A DNA stretch of 64,000 bases, from positions 95,544,001 through 95,608,000 of the forward strand of contig NC_058368.1 in the NCBI RefSeq assembly GCF_018350175.1, in the 5' to 3' direction. The stretch is from Felis catus (Eukaryota). The position numbers were made by a program, and so were the translations under genes. Positions within the stretch are counted from its first letter, which is position 1; every line of letters starts with the position of its first letter. The notes under the pieces were generated by a model. It was not told where the DNA came from. It was given only the letters and a program-made list of their open reading frames with translations, and made no database searches. Shown here one piece after another: positions 11,900 through 25,170 of this stretch.

Positions 11900-12157
11900 G
11901 GGGCACCCAGGTGGCCCAGTCAGTTGAGTGTCTGACTCTTGGTTTCGGCTCAGGTCGTGATCTCCTGTTTCGTGAGTTCGAGTCCTGTGTCGGGATCCAT
12001 GCTGATGGCTGGGAGCCTGCTTGGGATCGGGATCCGTGCTGATGTCTCAGAGCCTGCTTGGGATTCTTGTTCTTGATCTCTCTCACTCTCTGCTCCTCCG
12101 CTGCTCACATGATGTGTGTGTGTTTCTCTCTCTCTAAATAAATAAAAGAAAAAAAAT
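11900..12157 (+). mobile_element. CAN-SINE with an internal 37-bp tandem duplication
   Basis: SINE head and tail present. Duplicated unit at 11990-12026 and 12027-12063. Degenerate TSD taaagga... Confidence 0.92.
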
Positions 12158-13476
12158 AAAGGAGACTTAATAAGGAGTGGGACAGATGGGGGAATATTAA
12201 TGCATTTTTAGAAGCAGCTAATATCTTACAATTTATCCAGGAAAGGTGACACTCTTACTTCTGGAAATTGCAACATAAATGTAAGTTGGGTGTTGCAATA
12301 TATAAACATAAGTTGGGTACTTAAATTTTCTGCCTGGGCTGTTGTGGCCACACAGTGATTCTACAAAGCAGATGGAAGAAAGTTTACCATTGTCACAGGA
12401 ATGCCAGGGGAACTATTTGGTCAACCCAACCGTGTCATCATGAGGCATCCTCACCATTGCTCTGGGAGTCCGGGTGGGCCTGGACACTTGTCATGTGGAT
12501 GCCCAAGAGAGGAGGGAGACCAGTCCGGCGTTAGGGTTTCAGAGGGGTTCATGGGCGATATGAGAGTCACACAGTAAATACTTTAAAATGCTGCAAAGCA
12601 TTCTCTCTGGGCATATCAAGTGCTCACCATCAGGGGAAAGGAGTGTGACAGATGCCCTCCAAGTTACCTTGCTGAGCGGATTTGTGGACTCACGCTGCTG
12701 TTTGATGTGGCTTCCAGCAGCCCTTTCATTAAATCCATGCCTTGGGCTGACCTACAGTGCTCGCCTCTGCTCCGGTGCCCTTCTCTGCATAGGCAAATGG
12801 CCAGGACCACAGAAGGCTGTTCCATGAGCCGGGAACCTCTGGGGGGGGGGGGCAGGGGTGGTGGGCAAGAGGTGCCCTGCCCCTGTCTCCACAGGCCCTG
12901 GCAGATAGTGCAATTCCCTGCCTGGGAGAGCCATTAGTGTGACCAGAATGTGCCCTCCGAGAGCCCGGGCCTCGCAGAACCTCACAGAAATAGCAACCAG
13001 CGACGGGGGCTGATTACCTCTCAGACATTTAAGTGTTTTCAAATGGAATCAACTTAGAAAATGGCTGAACTCTGGTAGCCTCTGCGGTGGTCTTGGCCCG
13101 TTTCTTGTCGTTCGGTTTGCTTGGGCTGCCTGTGAGGTGCACAGCAAGAGGGAATTTTATGACTGCCTCTCCTCAACCTTTGCTGTTCAGAGTTACACGA
13201 GAGGCATGTGGTTCGTGCAGAACCAAAATGTAAGTAATGGTTGATTAGTGGGAAAATGAGCCTTGACTGTTAAGGAATTCCTCCTATGTGAATGAATCCT
13301 TGTGTTTGGAACTAGAGGGGATTTCTTACTTTGCAAGGCTCGGGGCCTTTGGTCAAGCTTTGACTCATCCACATGACAGCTTCTGGGCTTCTAGGCAGCA
13401 AACATGTTACCATTAAAAAGCAGTATCTTGGTGTAGTAAAATTCAGGAAATGGCTTTTATACAGATACTGCAAGAT

Positions 13477-13681
13477 GGGGCACCTGGTGGCTCAGTCGGC
13501 TAAGCCTACAACTCAGCTCAGGTCATGATCTCGCGGTTCATGAGTTCCAGCCCCGTGTGGGGCTCATGGCTTGGAGCCTGCTTTGGACTCATTGTCTCCC
13601 TCTCTCTCTGCCCCTCCCCTGCTCACACTCTGTGTGTCTGTCTCTCTCAAAAATAAACAAACGTTGAAAAAAATGAAAAAA
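13477..13681 (+). mobile_element. CAN-SINE (feline)
   Basis: TSD ag(a/c)tactgcaag at 13463-13474 and 13682-13693. Confidence 0.95.
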
Positions 13682-14281
13682 AGCTACTGCAAGCACTTTT
13701 GCAGGATGACAGTGATGGTTCCTGGGCACCTCACTCAGCATCCATGTCCGCCGCTCAAATCGGAATGGATTGCCGTTGGAATGATTCTACCAGTTCTGTG
13801 GGACAGTCAGCGCACCAGACCCTATGCAAATTACAGCAGGGATGGGCTTTGCCCTTGAACAGCTTGCTTGTGAAAAGGCAATCCAGGTTCAGAGTGGCAT
13901 TGAAAAAACTGGGGGATGAAGCGGGTCCATTAGAATCTCCCTCCTGCCAATCTTTTGTCTGAAGCCTTCCTCTCACCAGGTGGACCTGGGATATTTATTC
14001 TCTCCTGTCCAAAGAGACATGACCTTACAGAAGTCAAGGGACAGGGCTTTTTTTTTTTCTTCCCTTTGTGCATTGTCCTAAATTTCTCTAAAGGGAGAAA
14101 CATCCACAGATAGCACAACTAGAATACAAATTCTGCAAATACGTTTTCAGTTCCAAGAGTCGTGGTGAAAGCGGCCAAGTTTTTCACCTGCCCATCTTTT
14201 GGACTGGCCCATGAAATGACTTGAGGCAAATGAGGTGATTCCTAGGGCTTCAGTTTTAGACCTTGTTAATTGAAGGGAGTT

Positions 14282-14475
14282 TTTTTTTTTTTTTAAATGT
14301 TTATTTCTGAGAGAGAGCGTGAGAAGGGGAGGGGCAGAGACAGGGATACAGAGAATCCAAAGCAGGCTCTGAGCCATCAGCACAGAACCCGATGTGGGGC
14401 TAGAACCCACAAATGGTGACATCATGAACTGAGCCGAAGTCAGACGCTTAACCCACTGACCCACCCAGGCACCCC
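14282..14475 (-). mobile_element. CAN-SINE (feline)
   Basis: TSD tgaagggagtt at 14271-14281 and 14476-14486. Confidence 0.95.
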
Positions 14476-14564
14476 TGAAGGGAGTTGGTTTTAAAGACCA
14501 TTAATACTAATGTCCTGTTTGGATCTCAAGCCTTCTGATTTCCCTTGTCTGAATTTTTGCTTGC

Positions 14565-16055
14565 TTTTTTAAAAATTAAAGTGTCATTGACACACAATAT
14601 TACACTAATTTCAGGTGTACAATACACTGATTTGACAAGTCTATATGTTAGGCTTGCTCTCCACAAGGGTAGCTACTAATCTGTCACCATACAACACTGT
14701 TACAGTCCCATTGATTATATTCCCTATGCTGTGTCTTTTCATCCCTGTGACTTACGCATTCCTAACTGGAAGCCTCTGTCTCCCATTCCCCTTCACCCAT
14801 TTGGCTCATCCCCCACCCCTTCCAATATGGCAACAATCAGTTTTTTCTCTTAAAGGTCTGCTTCAGCTTCTTGTTTGATGATTCATTTATCTTGTTTTTT
14901 AGTTTCCACACATAAATGAAACTATATGGCGTTTGTGTTTTTCCGACTTGGTTAACTTATGATAATATCCTCAAGGCCCATCTAGGGTGTCACACATGGC
15001 AAGATCCCCTCCTTTTTCTTATGGCTGAGTAATATTTCATTATATATACACATTATATAATTCACACACACACACACACACACACACCACATCTTATCCA
15101 TTTATCTATTGATAGATGCTTAGGTTGCTTCCATACTTGGCTATCATAAATAATGCTTCAGTCTACATAGGGCTGCATATATGTTTTTGAATTAGTGTGT
15201 TTATTTTCTTTGGGTAAATGGCCAGTAGCAGAATTCCTAGATCATATGGTAGTTCTATTTTATTTTATTTTGTTTTATTTTATTTATTTTTATTTTTATT
15301 TATTTTTGAGAGAGATGGGGGGGAGGGTGAACAGGGGAGGGGGAGGGGCAGAGAGAGAGGGAGTCACAGAACTCAAAGCGGGCTCCAGGCTCCGTGCTGT
15401 CAGCACAGAGCCCAACGTGGGGCCCGAACTCACAAACTGTGAGATCAGGACCCCTGCCAAAGTTGGACGCTTAACCCACTGAGCCACCCAGGCGCCCCAT
15501 GGTAGGTTTATTTTAATTTTTTTGAGGAATTTCTATACTGTTTTCCATAGTGGCTGCAAGAATTTACATTTCCACTAATAGTGCACGAGCATTCCTTTTC
15601 CTCTATATCCTTACCAACACTGGTTTTTCTTGTCTTTCTGACCGGCGAGAGGTGGTATCTCATTGTGGTTTTGATTTGCATTTCCCAGATGATTAATGAT
15701 GTTGAATATCTTTTCATGTATCTGTTAGCCATCTGTACGTCTCCTTTGTAAAAATGTCTATTCAGGTCCTGAGCCCATCTCTTGATCAGATTATTTTTAT
15801 TTTTTTATTTCTTTATTTTTTTTTATTTTGTTGGTGTTGAGTTGTATAAATTCTTGACACACTTTGAATATTAACCCCTGAATGGACACATCATTTATGA
15901 ATACCTTCTTTCCGGTGGTTACCTTTTTGTTTGGGGGGTGGTTTCCTTTCTTGTACAAAAGCTTTTTATTCTGATGTGTTCCCGATGTAGTTGAATTTTG
16001 CTTTTGTTTCCCTTGCCTGAGGAGACATACCTAGAAAAAAATGTCGCTAAGACCT
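14565..16055 (-). mobile_element. 5'-truncated older carnivore/eutherian LINE-1 (3'UTR and ORF2 C-terminus), interrupted by a SINE
   Basis: Minus-strand ORF 15508-15732 reads [28 protein letters not shown], an L1 ORF2 C-terminal motif. L1 3'UTR-like sequence from 14565. Confidence 0.92.
15262..15498 (-). mobile_element. CAN-SINE nested in L1
   Basis: TSD atggtag(tt/gt)(c/t)tatttt at 15246-15261 and 15499-15514. Confidence 0.95.
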
Positions 16056-16061
16056 TCTTTC

Positions 16062-16232
16062 TTACTAATGATACTTCAGAGTCTACAACAGAAACATTGG
16101 CCTCATCGGGGAACTTGTCAGAAATCTAAATTCTTGAGTACCTGCCCCAGACCTACTGAACCTTAACTCTGGAGTGGGACCGACACCTGCTGCTGATACT
16201 GATGCATACTGCCTGGAGAATAGTTGGTCTAG
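16062..16232. mobile_element. MER5A-like hAT-Charlie MITE relic
   Basis: gaacttgtcagaaatctaaattcttgagtacctgccccagacctactgaacc matches the MER5A core. Confidence 0.65.
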
Positions 16233-18048
16233 GGTTCTGATGATTTCTATTTTTTAAAACCTATTTTGAGGGGAATGAAATCTAATATAATTTATGTCTA
16301 CTGTAGTACAGCAAGTATAATGAGGGCTGAGCAAAAGTCCATTAACTTACTAAGTGTGTATGCATAATACTGAATAGACCCGTATCCTATGATACACATG
16401 TGCAGTGACTCTTCGAAGGGCTACTTACCTGGTAGTAACAGAAATAAAATAGCTCCTGTCCTGCTCACAACCTGCTTGTTCTCTCACTCCTTCGCTCTTC
16501 GCAGACCTCTTCCTTCAGCAGAAAATAGTCTCTTACCTCACATTTTGCTTTCTTTGACTTCTGCTTTGATTGGACGGCATTGTCCTTGAGGGGGCTGGGA
16601 GACAAAGAGACCGGAAGCTTTCCTTACATAGAGCATAACACAAAGCTTGGCAGGAACAAAACAAAACTAAGCAAGCGATGTTTCTTCGAGTGACTGAGGC
16701 CATGATTTAAAGCCTGTTTACCTGGCTAATTATTAAAACGTGATAAACACATTTTTTTTTTCAAAGACATGAGAAAAAGTGCAGTTTTTAGTCTACCTTC
16801 TGCTTCCACTGGGCTGCGCTTCCAACAGATGGCAGGAGGCATCTGGGAAGCATGCCAGTTAGGCGGGCTGATGGGCCCAGTACTTACATGGCAACCGCTC
16901 CTGGTCATTTCCATGAGTCAAGAGTACGGATCAGAAGGCATTAGCACTGAGCTTAAACATAAAACCTGAACTGTCTCCCAGAGTTAGACCGGAAATAAAA
17001 GGATCATTGAGTTGATAGAACTGGGGGAGGATTGTTAACTTTCTTGCATTTTAGGAATGATTTGTGTGCGAAAGAATGAATATGTGTGTGTTTTGCTCCT
17101 AATGACTCAAAGGTTACCTCTTCAATTTAAAGGACCACAGCCAGCAGTAATTAAGCATGTCGTTCCCTGCTGGCAACTGCTTGGTTGACGTGCTGTTTTC
17201 ATCCCTATTTAGCTGTTTTCTGACGTAAAATACTCTAGAATCAACAAGGACGTATATGCGACAGGGAAAACATCAACTCCTTACAATTAGTGTCTCATAA
17301 AACTATGAATGGCAATATCTGAGAAGGCAGTTAGCTTTATAGAGCATGCAAAATTTATTCATGAATAGATCTGCAAGGATCCTTGGGTAAATACCGCCGA
17401 GCACTCCCAAGACACTGAATAACTTTGCAATTCTGATGACATTTCTTGGAGCCGGTGTGCAGCATAATGAAGGAACGTTCACATTTTGTGAAATGAATTG
17501 GAGGCAGCAGGATAAAAAAGAGAAAAATGCATTTGCCTTTAAAAAGTGAAGCACGTTGGACTTGAAAAAAGGCAGAAAGCAATGGGAGGGATTGAAATTG
17601 CAACGAGGGTATTAGGTTCAACTTCAAATACCCTCTCCCCCCAAGTATTTCCTTAATATGCCGTGGAGTTGTACGTAAAACGGAGTAACACGATTGAAAG
17701 GAGTATCAAAACCCACTTCACTTAAAGTGAAGGTACAGTGGGTAGCAAGAGTTCCAGGGCTGTTTCCTCCCCCGCCCTGCCAATACCAGTTAGCGCTTTT
17801 CTCTCCATCTCTTACGGGGGCCCAACCATTCTCTCCTCTAGCTGTAGCCCTAGGTTGCTGATGAGCAACTCCATGAAGCTTTGAGATGCCGCAAGTATTA
17901 CATCTTTCCATTTTTGTGTTCCCCGTTCCCCAGTTTATAAGGGCTTAATAAGTGTTGAATGGGCCATGCCTGAATGAGTCCATAGGGAGCTTCTGGCTCA
18001 ATAGACTGTTGGCCTGTTACCATCCTCAACTCCTTCTTCATGGTCTGT

Positions 18049-18066
18049 TGGTGCCCCCTGCTCATC
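18049..18066 (-). promoter_or_regulatory. Candidate CTCF-type motif
   Basis: Minus strand reads gatgAGCAGGGGGCACCA, close to the CCASYAGRKGGCRS core but lacking the 5' CC. Confidence 0.35.
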
Positions 18067-19372
18067 TTCGGCCCCTTGCCCAGATTCTGACCTCGCATTA
18101 GCTTGGCTTCCTGTCACTTGGCTTCCTGATCCCTTGTAGCACACAAGACAAGTAGAGCGGGAACGGAGGAAGCTCTTATCGGAAGTTTCTATTAACAAAA
18201 GGGGATATTGCCTGGCGGTGGATTAATCGCTTAATTTCTCTCCTTCCTTCTCGTGTGAGGACCCCCTTAGGGCAGGGTGAAAAACGTCCATCCTCTTTTT
18301 ATGAATCTTTTGTGGCAGTTCTTTGCAAAAACAGTTAGGTCTTTGCATTCAAAGAAGGTAGGAAAATGAATTGTATTGTTCATGATGGCTGGAGAGAAAG
18401 ATTCCTTGGTGTTACTTTGGAGGCAAGTGGTGGCATTGATATTTTTCCCCATTGAATAGAAAAAAAAGGCAAATATCCCAGGAAGAAGTAAAAAAAAAAA
18501 TTACCCATGGTACAATACATTTGTAATAGAGGGAGATCACTATGAACAAACTGACCAGATCTTTGATCATAGAGTGGTAAGAAAGGAGGGTCTTGTACAA
18601 GAGGAACAAATGCTTATACAGAGAAAGGGAAGCTTCCTTAATAGTGACTTCTATGTATCCAAAAGAATGCTGCACTACTTAATGTCCCTTGCCAGCTCAG
18701 CCAATGTCCCCTAATGGCAAAGTGACGGGCTATGTGGGTGTTGAGTATGTAAGTCCTCGTAAATACACTGATGTTTGTCTCCACTCTCTGGAAAGCTGTT
18801 CACCAAGTGGTAGAGATAATGACATTAACTCTTTAATTCTGGGTGAGTGAATCAAGTGCGTGCCTTCCATTTCATAGCTACTCTGGAACATTCCCATGCT
18901 CTAGAAACAGGTAAATTATTTCTCAATCAGTTTAAGTCAGGAGGTTTCGTTATCAGATTTGATGGACCGTCTTGTGTCTGATGTTCAAGGACAGAAAAAT
19001 CCTCAGAGAAAATTCCCTCAGAGATTGATTTTTTTCAAGCCTCAGGATATTTGGAGTATTTATCATCTTAGAGTTACTTTTCTCATAACTTCTGTTCTCT
19101 ACAAGGAATTAGCATGTGTGGTGCTCAGTTGCTTGTGGTGGCTGAGAGTCTCCGGTTTTTCCTACGCAATTGCTGAGTTTAGGATTTAGTTATCATCATA
19201 TGATTAGTGATTCACCACCTTACTTCTTCAAGGAGTGAAACGATGGCCCTGATAGGCATGTAGATCAGATTGTAAACTGTTTATCTGTTCTTTGAACCCT
19301 AACTACATCCATGGCTGGTAAGTTAAAATCTCAATATTGTTTCCTGTTCCTTTGTGGCTTCATTTACATTCT

Positions 19373-19583
19373 TTTTTGTTTTGTTTTATTTTATTTATTT
19401 TTGAGAGAGAGATTCAGCATGAGTGGGGGAGGGGAGAGAGAGATAGGAAGAAAGAGAATCCCAACCCGACTGTGCTATCAGCACAGTGTCCTATGCGGGG
19501 CTTGAACCCCTGAACCGTGAAATCATCACCTGAGCCGAAATCAAGATTTGGATGCTTCTCCGACCAAGCCCCTCAGGTAGTCC
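19373..19583 (-). mobile_element. CAN-SINE (older)
   Basis: Antisense body gggcttgaacccctgaaccgtgaaatcatcacctgagccgaa. Confidence 0.9.
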
Positions 19584-20009
19584 TATTTACAGTGTTCTTA
19601 TTAGCCGATCCAGTTGGATGTTTCTGAGGAATCTTTTTGTAATGTGCCAGAATTATTACAGAATATATCTGAACACAATGAACCGATCAGAACAAACATC
19701 CCAGGATGGAAAAGCTTTTTCCACTGTCAGACCAGTAACATAGGGCAATCAAAAAGCGCTAACCCCAACAAAACATCAGTAAAACAAGGGAACTTGGAAG
19801 GCCCTGTGTTTGTCCATAACAATAGGAGTTAGCTTCTAATCATACTGTTGATAACTGCTTGATAACATATTCTTGATAAAAGTAATAGGTCTGGTAGTAA
19901 TAGCTTCTCTTTGCTTTGGGGCAGTTGCTTATGGAAAGCACGTTATTTTGTGCTTAGAACCACAGAATTTTAAATGTGGAAGCTAATTTAGTCTTATTTG
20001 GTCTAGCCT

Positions 20010-20270
20010 TCCTGTGAAGACTGTGCCTGGGATTTGGACTTTGCCTGAGGCAAAGGCTTGTACTTCTCCTTTACCAGAGGGTTTGATCCTAGGACACAGA
20101 GGGAGGGAAGAAGGGGATGTTGAAGCAGGAGGAGATGTGAGAATACGTTGTCAAGCTGGAGGCAGTTAGGTGCATCTGAGGGCTCCATTCTGTAGAAATC
20201 TCCTCCAGGAATCCATGTGAACTGTGGCTGCTGACAGTCAATTCTGGTGACAGATGGACAGGAACACGTT
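20010..20270. mobile_element. ERVL (LTR33/LTR16-like) LTR relic
   Basis: Degenerate similarity to the elements at 45410 and 60260. Confidence 0.35.
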
Positions 20271-22519
20271 GATGGTCCAGTTTAACCACCATCTCCTCTT
20301 TCTCTCCTTAAGGGCTATTTTTCTTTTCCACTGGCAAATGTTCTTTGCTGGCCCACTTTTATTTCAGCGCTGTCTCCTATCTATTCAAAGCATTGTCTTG
20401 GCCTGGTTCAGAGCTGTGTTCCCTTTTCCTTTGACAATTGTACCGATCTCCTAACTTGTATTCACTTTTCTCCTGACTAAATTCATCCCATATACCATGC
20501 TCAGATTAATTTTATACACATCCTGTCCTGACAGTTATTTCGGGTTGATTCTCAACGTCCTCTCTATTATGAGCGAGTCCACATTCCATAGCTCGGGTGT
20601 CCTGGTGAAGATGCTTTCAGATGCAAAACCATTAGAAAAAACAATTCTCGGTGGGTTAGGCAATACAGGAAATGATTTAAGAAATTCATAGCTGTGATCC
20701 AGCTTTTGCTCCTTAGCAGTTCTTTTGAGCCTGTGTTTGCGCTCTTGTTGGTTCCATCTTGAGGTTGATGATATGACCCCTGTAGAAGTTTGCAGATCCA
20801 TCAGTAGAGGAAGAGGGACCATTTCTTGCTTGTGTAAGAGTTAAGTGGCATTTGCCAGAAGGCCCACATCAGACAGTCTTCTCATCCAATTGACCGTGGG
20901 CTTCTCAAGAACCAATTCCTAATTATAGGTGGCTAAGGCTACCATGACTGTCCTAGGATACTGAGAATTGCTGTTGGGTTTGAGGATGACATTAATATCA
21001 CTGAGTCATGCAGGAGAGGGCAGACAACCAATAGTATCTGCTCCATACCCTCAAGACCCACCCACCGTGCTCCAGCTCTACTCAATTTTTAGCTTAATTT
21101 CCCACTATTTCCTTGCACCCACATGATAGCCACAGCCAACTGGTTGCTATAGTCCATTTTTCTTTTTTGGCAGTTTTTTACCCTATAAAATACCCTTTCT
21201 TCTTTGCTCCCTGTTAAAATCAGACCCATCCTTATAGGCCTAACTTCAATCTAAGCTTTTTAATAATTCTGCCCTTTGTTACTGAATGCCAAGTGATCTC
21301 CTCCTTACCTAACAACACAGTTTTTAGTATATTCTTTATCTCTTGTGTCAGATGGTCAGCTTCTCGAAGGAAGAGCCTGTAATTGATTTTGCACCCCTCC
21401 TTCCTGAAGCAGCAAGCCCCAGACTTCATACTTTATGTTTAATAGTTACTTCCTGAGGAAGTATGTTAAATATCTAAGAATTAAATGAACCCTAGGGTTT
21501 CAATTTGGGTGGTTTCTAGGAAGTAGGACACTTGTGTTTTTCTCAGCTTTTTTGATAATTCTACCACCCCATTGGGTTTAACTTCCTCACAGTATCCTCT
21601 AGAAGGAATCAGTTGTCTACAACTGAAAAAAAAGGAATGCGAATTTCTCATTGAATGTAATCCAGAAAAACAAGGCTCACCCAATGGTGAGATGTTGCAA
21701 ATGCCTGGACTTACCAGTCGTTGTTTTCTGGATTTAGGTTTTATGAAAACGAAACTATTCTTCTCCAAAGATGAGAGTAATGAGTGCTTTGAGGGCAAGA
21801 GCAGGTTAACTAAATCTGGCCGGGGAGATTTTGAGGTTGTGAGAAATTGGTTGGAGGCTGAACGTGACCACGTGAGCCTTCTGGAGTGGACATAGTGTGG
21901 CTAGTCTACTGCTTAAAACATGGCAGGGATTTTCAGCAATAAAGTCATTAATTGAGACCACAAAGACCATGGACTCATCCCTAGATGTAATCATGAAGGA
22001 TGTGATAACGCCTATGAAGAGTGCATAGAACTCTATCGCCATGCCACCCCTAACGCCTTCATAGCCATTATGAGTGTGCAACGTCTGTTTCTGGCTGTAA
22101 ATCTGTCATGACAGCAGAGAATCCAAAAAAGACATTTCCAGTTTATAACTCAAAAATTCACAAGTATGTAGATTAAAAGCAAACACATCCTATAAAATAC
22201 TCACAATGTCACTTGCATTGAATGCCCCAGTGAAAGAAATGAGTAAAGCTTATTCTCCTCATTCCTTTATTAGGACAGCATTTCACCATAAATTGGCATT
22301 CTTGAAGGCTGACTTTGATTCTGGAATTGAAATAGCATAAAGCATTATTAGGTGATCTTACATCAGGTCTGAGATGCTCTCACTGCTTTGTTCCATAGTG
22401 GTAAAATTCCTATATTCAGGTAAAATTCATTTATACAGTAAAATACAGTAGATTTGGTGTTGACTTACTTGAGATCCGGGAAATGATAAGTAGATTAATT
22501 GACTTAACTGCTCTGAGTG

Positions 22520-22635
22520 TATAAAATATATTGGATAAGTTACTTAACCTCTCTATCTCATTTTCCTCATCTCTGAAGTAAGGATAATGCTAATAACTAT
22601 GCTTTACGGTTGTTGAGAGGATTAAAGGGTTGCTA
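22520..22635 (+). mobile_element. MIR relic
   Basis: ggataagttacttaacctctctatctcattttcctcatctctgaagtaaggataat is the MIR core. Confidence 0.75.
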
Positions 22636-22639
22636 TAGA

Positions 22640-23040
22640 ACTGTCTGATGATGGAATTGTGCCATAATGTAGCCACTAGCTACATGAACCTACGAAGCAA
22701 ATGAAATGTGGTTAATCTGGTTTAGGAACAGATCTATAATTGAATTTAACATAGTTAAAATTAGGGGGCCTGGGTGGTTCAGTAGGTTAAGTGTCTGACT
22801 CTTGATTTCATTTCAGGTCATGATCTCATGGTCATGAGATCAAGCCCTGCATCAGGCTTGACACTGACTGTGCGGAGCCTGCTTGGAATTCTCTCTTCTC
22901 CCTCTTTGTCTGCCCCTCCCCTGCTCTCTTGCACATGTACACACACACACACACACACACTCTCTCTCTCTCTCTCAAAATAAATAAACATATTTCAGCA
23001 GTCACATGGAGATAGTGGCCACCATATTGGACTGCACAAG
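22640..23040. mobile_element. MER3/MER33-like hAT MITE, split by a CAN-SINE
   Basis: gtagccactagctacatg...gaaatgtgg and gtcacatggagatagtggccaccatattggactgcaca form the two inverted arms. Confidence 0.7.
22763..22992 (+). mobile_element. CAN-SINE with (CA)n(CT)n
   Basis: gggggcctgggtggttcagt head and AATAAA tail. Confidence 0.93.
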
Positions 23041-23229
23041 TTTGGATGAATCCCTGACTTACAAGAAACGATCGACAAGTATTAGCTGTGTTCAGCTTTT
23101 TCTCAGATCAAAATGTGCCAAAGAAAGGTTTCCTAGAACTTCACATATGTATGGCTTCTACCAGTTTGAAAGAGTTCAACAGAACATACCTAGGAAGTTG
23201 TTCATAACCCCATTTTCCCCCATTTTTAC

Positions 23230-23470
23230 AGCTGGAGAAACTATTTTGTATGGTATCAGTGGATACAGAACATTATGTATTTGTCAAAGCTCAGGGAAGT
23301 CTACCACACAAAGGGTGACACCTAATGTAAACTGTGAACTTTAGCTAATAACAGTGTGGCAATATCAGCCCAACAGTTATAACAAATGAACTGCGCAGAT
23401 GCAGTAAGTTAATAATAGAGGAAACTGCGTGAAAGGGTAGAGAGGGCTTTTGAGAACTTGGTACATTTTT
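23230..23470 (+). mobile_element. Old L1M (L1MC/MD-like) 3'UTR fragment
   Basis: acattatgtatttgtcaaa...cctaatgtaaactgtgaactttagctaata...gttaataatagaggaaactg motif. Confidence 0.7.
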
Positions 23471-23949
23471 GTTGTTCATATTCCTTACCCATTTTGTTGT
23501 GTGCATGTGTGTTTATTTAGTGAATTTAGTACTTTTCCACTCAAGAGAAAATCTCCTCAAGGATTTTCCAAATTTTGGCTCATTGCTTTACTTGCAAATA
23601 AAAGGGTAGACAATATAAACCCATACGAAAACTTTGATATAGCTAATAAACAGTTTAAATACTGGTTTAAAAAAATCATAATATTGATGGAGATGTTAAG
23701 AAATAGGTACCCAGTGCAATCCCAATGCATTAATATTTTCTGTTCCACCTGCCTGGGATGTTCTTCCCACACAAATACCTGTATGTCTCGTTTCACCATT
23801 CCCTTAGAGTTCCGCTTTGATGTCACTTTAAAAAAAAGGTTATATTTGGTCATGTGTATTGTGGCCATCTAGAAGGAAGTTGTGCCTTCACCCTATATAC
23901 CTTTCAACCCTTAAGCTGTTAGATTTTTCTTTGTAACATGCTTAATTTC

Positions 23950-24037
23950 TTTTCTTTTCTTTTCTTTTCTTTTCTTTTCTTTTCTTTTCTTTTCTTTTCT
24001 TTTCTTTTCTTTTCTTTTCTTTTCTTTTCTTTTCTTT

Positions 24038-24097
<60 letters not shown>

Positions 24098-24301
24098 TTT
24101 TAGTTTATTTATTTATTTTTTATTTGAGAGAGACCACATGAGCGAGGCAGGGACAGATAGAGGAGGAGAGAGAGAATATGAAGCAGGCTCCTCACTGTCA
24201 GTGCAGAGCCCCTTGTGGGTTTTGATCCCAAGAACCATGAGATCATGACTTGAGCTGAGATCAAGAGTCAGACACTCAACCGAATGAGGCACACAGGCTC
24301 C
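23950..24301 (-). mobile_element. CAN-SINE whose tail expanded into (TTTTC)n(TTTC)n
   Basis: SINE body at 24100-24301, pentamer/tetramer microsatellite at 23950-24100, taatttctt on both flanks. Confidence 0.93.
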
Positions 24302-24809
24302 AATGTACATAATTTCTTAAGACATTCTTAACTTACTGCCTGTTTATTGTTGATTTATGTTCACTGTTTTCACAATTCCTTAAAAGATGGGATTGTGTTG
24401 AAAATACATTTGTTCAGTGAAAACTTGGAAATCAACCAAATGTCCCTCCGACTCTAATATAATGAACAGAGTGGAGTGCTATAGGATCAAACCAAGGGGT
24501 TAAATGTTAACAATGGTGCACAGATTTGGGTGATTCAATATCAACCATTTCCCCACCGTGTATTTCCTGTGTATGCCTCTTAGCTTTTTACGTCATAATT
24601 TTTTTTTGCGTCATACTTTTTGTTGGTGACTTTGGGAAAAAGTACAAAAATATATTTTGGTTATAAAAAGTCAAGCAATGCACAGATAACGTATAAAAAT
24701 GATCTTGTCATTCCTTTGTTCATGATCCTCAAATGGTTTTCTATCATCAAAGAACAAAATACAGCCTTACTGGAGCCTTCAAAACACTACATGTTATGTA
24801 GTCTGATTA

Positions 24810-25170
24810 CCCTCTGATGTCGTCAGCTTCTGCCCCTTGAATGACTCATAACACTTCAGCCACAGTGATCTCCTTCATCTTTGACTATCAAAATATTTCT
24901 GCCTGCGGCTTTGTACTTGTCGCCCTGGCTCTCCTCTCTTAAAATACCTGTATGGCTTGTTCCCTCATTTCTTCCAGATCTTTCCTCTAGTGTCACCTCC
25001 TCTACTGCTCATTGTCTTCTGATTTCCCCTGATGGAGTTTTCTTCATAAATTTTCTTGGTGTTACATTGTATTTGGTTGACGATTCACTTCCCTACAATA
25101 CAATGCTTTATCTGCCTTGTTTACTTTGTTATTCCCACCATAAATATTAGATGCCTGTTGAATACAACAA
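24810..25170 (+). mobile_element. L2 3' relic
   Basis: Pyrimidine-rich L2-like 3' region ending tagatgcctgttgaata. Confidence 0.45.

Noticed and set aside
15508..15732. L1 ORF2-like ORFs (also 25750-27657)
   Set aside because: They are frameshifted fragments of dead, truncated L1s, annotated as mobile elements.
20003..20900. Cluster of ORFs suggesting a processed pseudogene or viral insert
   Set aside because: No recognisable protein motif, poly(A) or TSD. The sequence looks like decayed LTR relics.
23450..23872. Longest ORF (140 aa) and its antisense partner
   Set aside because: TTG start, AT-rich, begins in an L1 relic, no domain-like composition.
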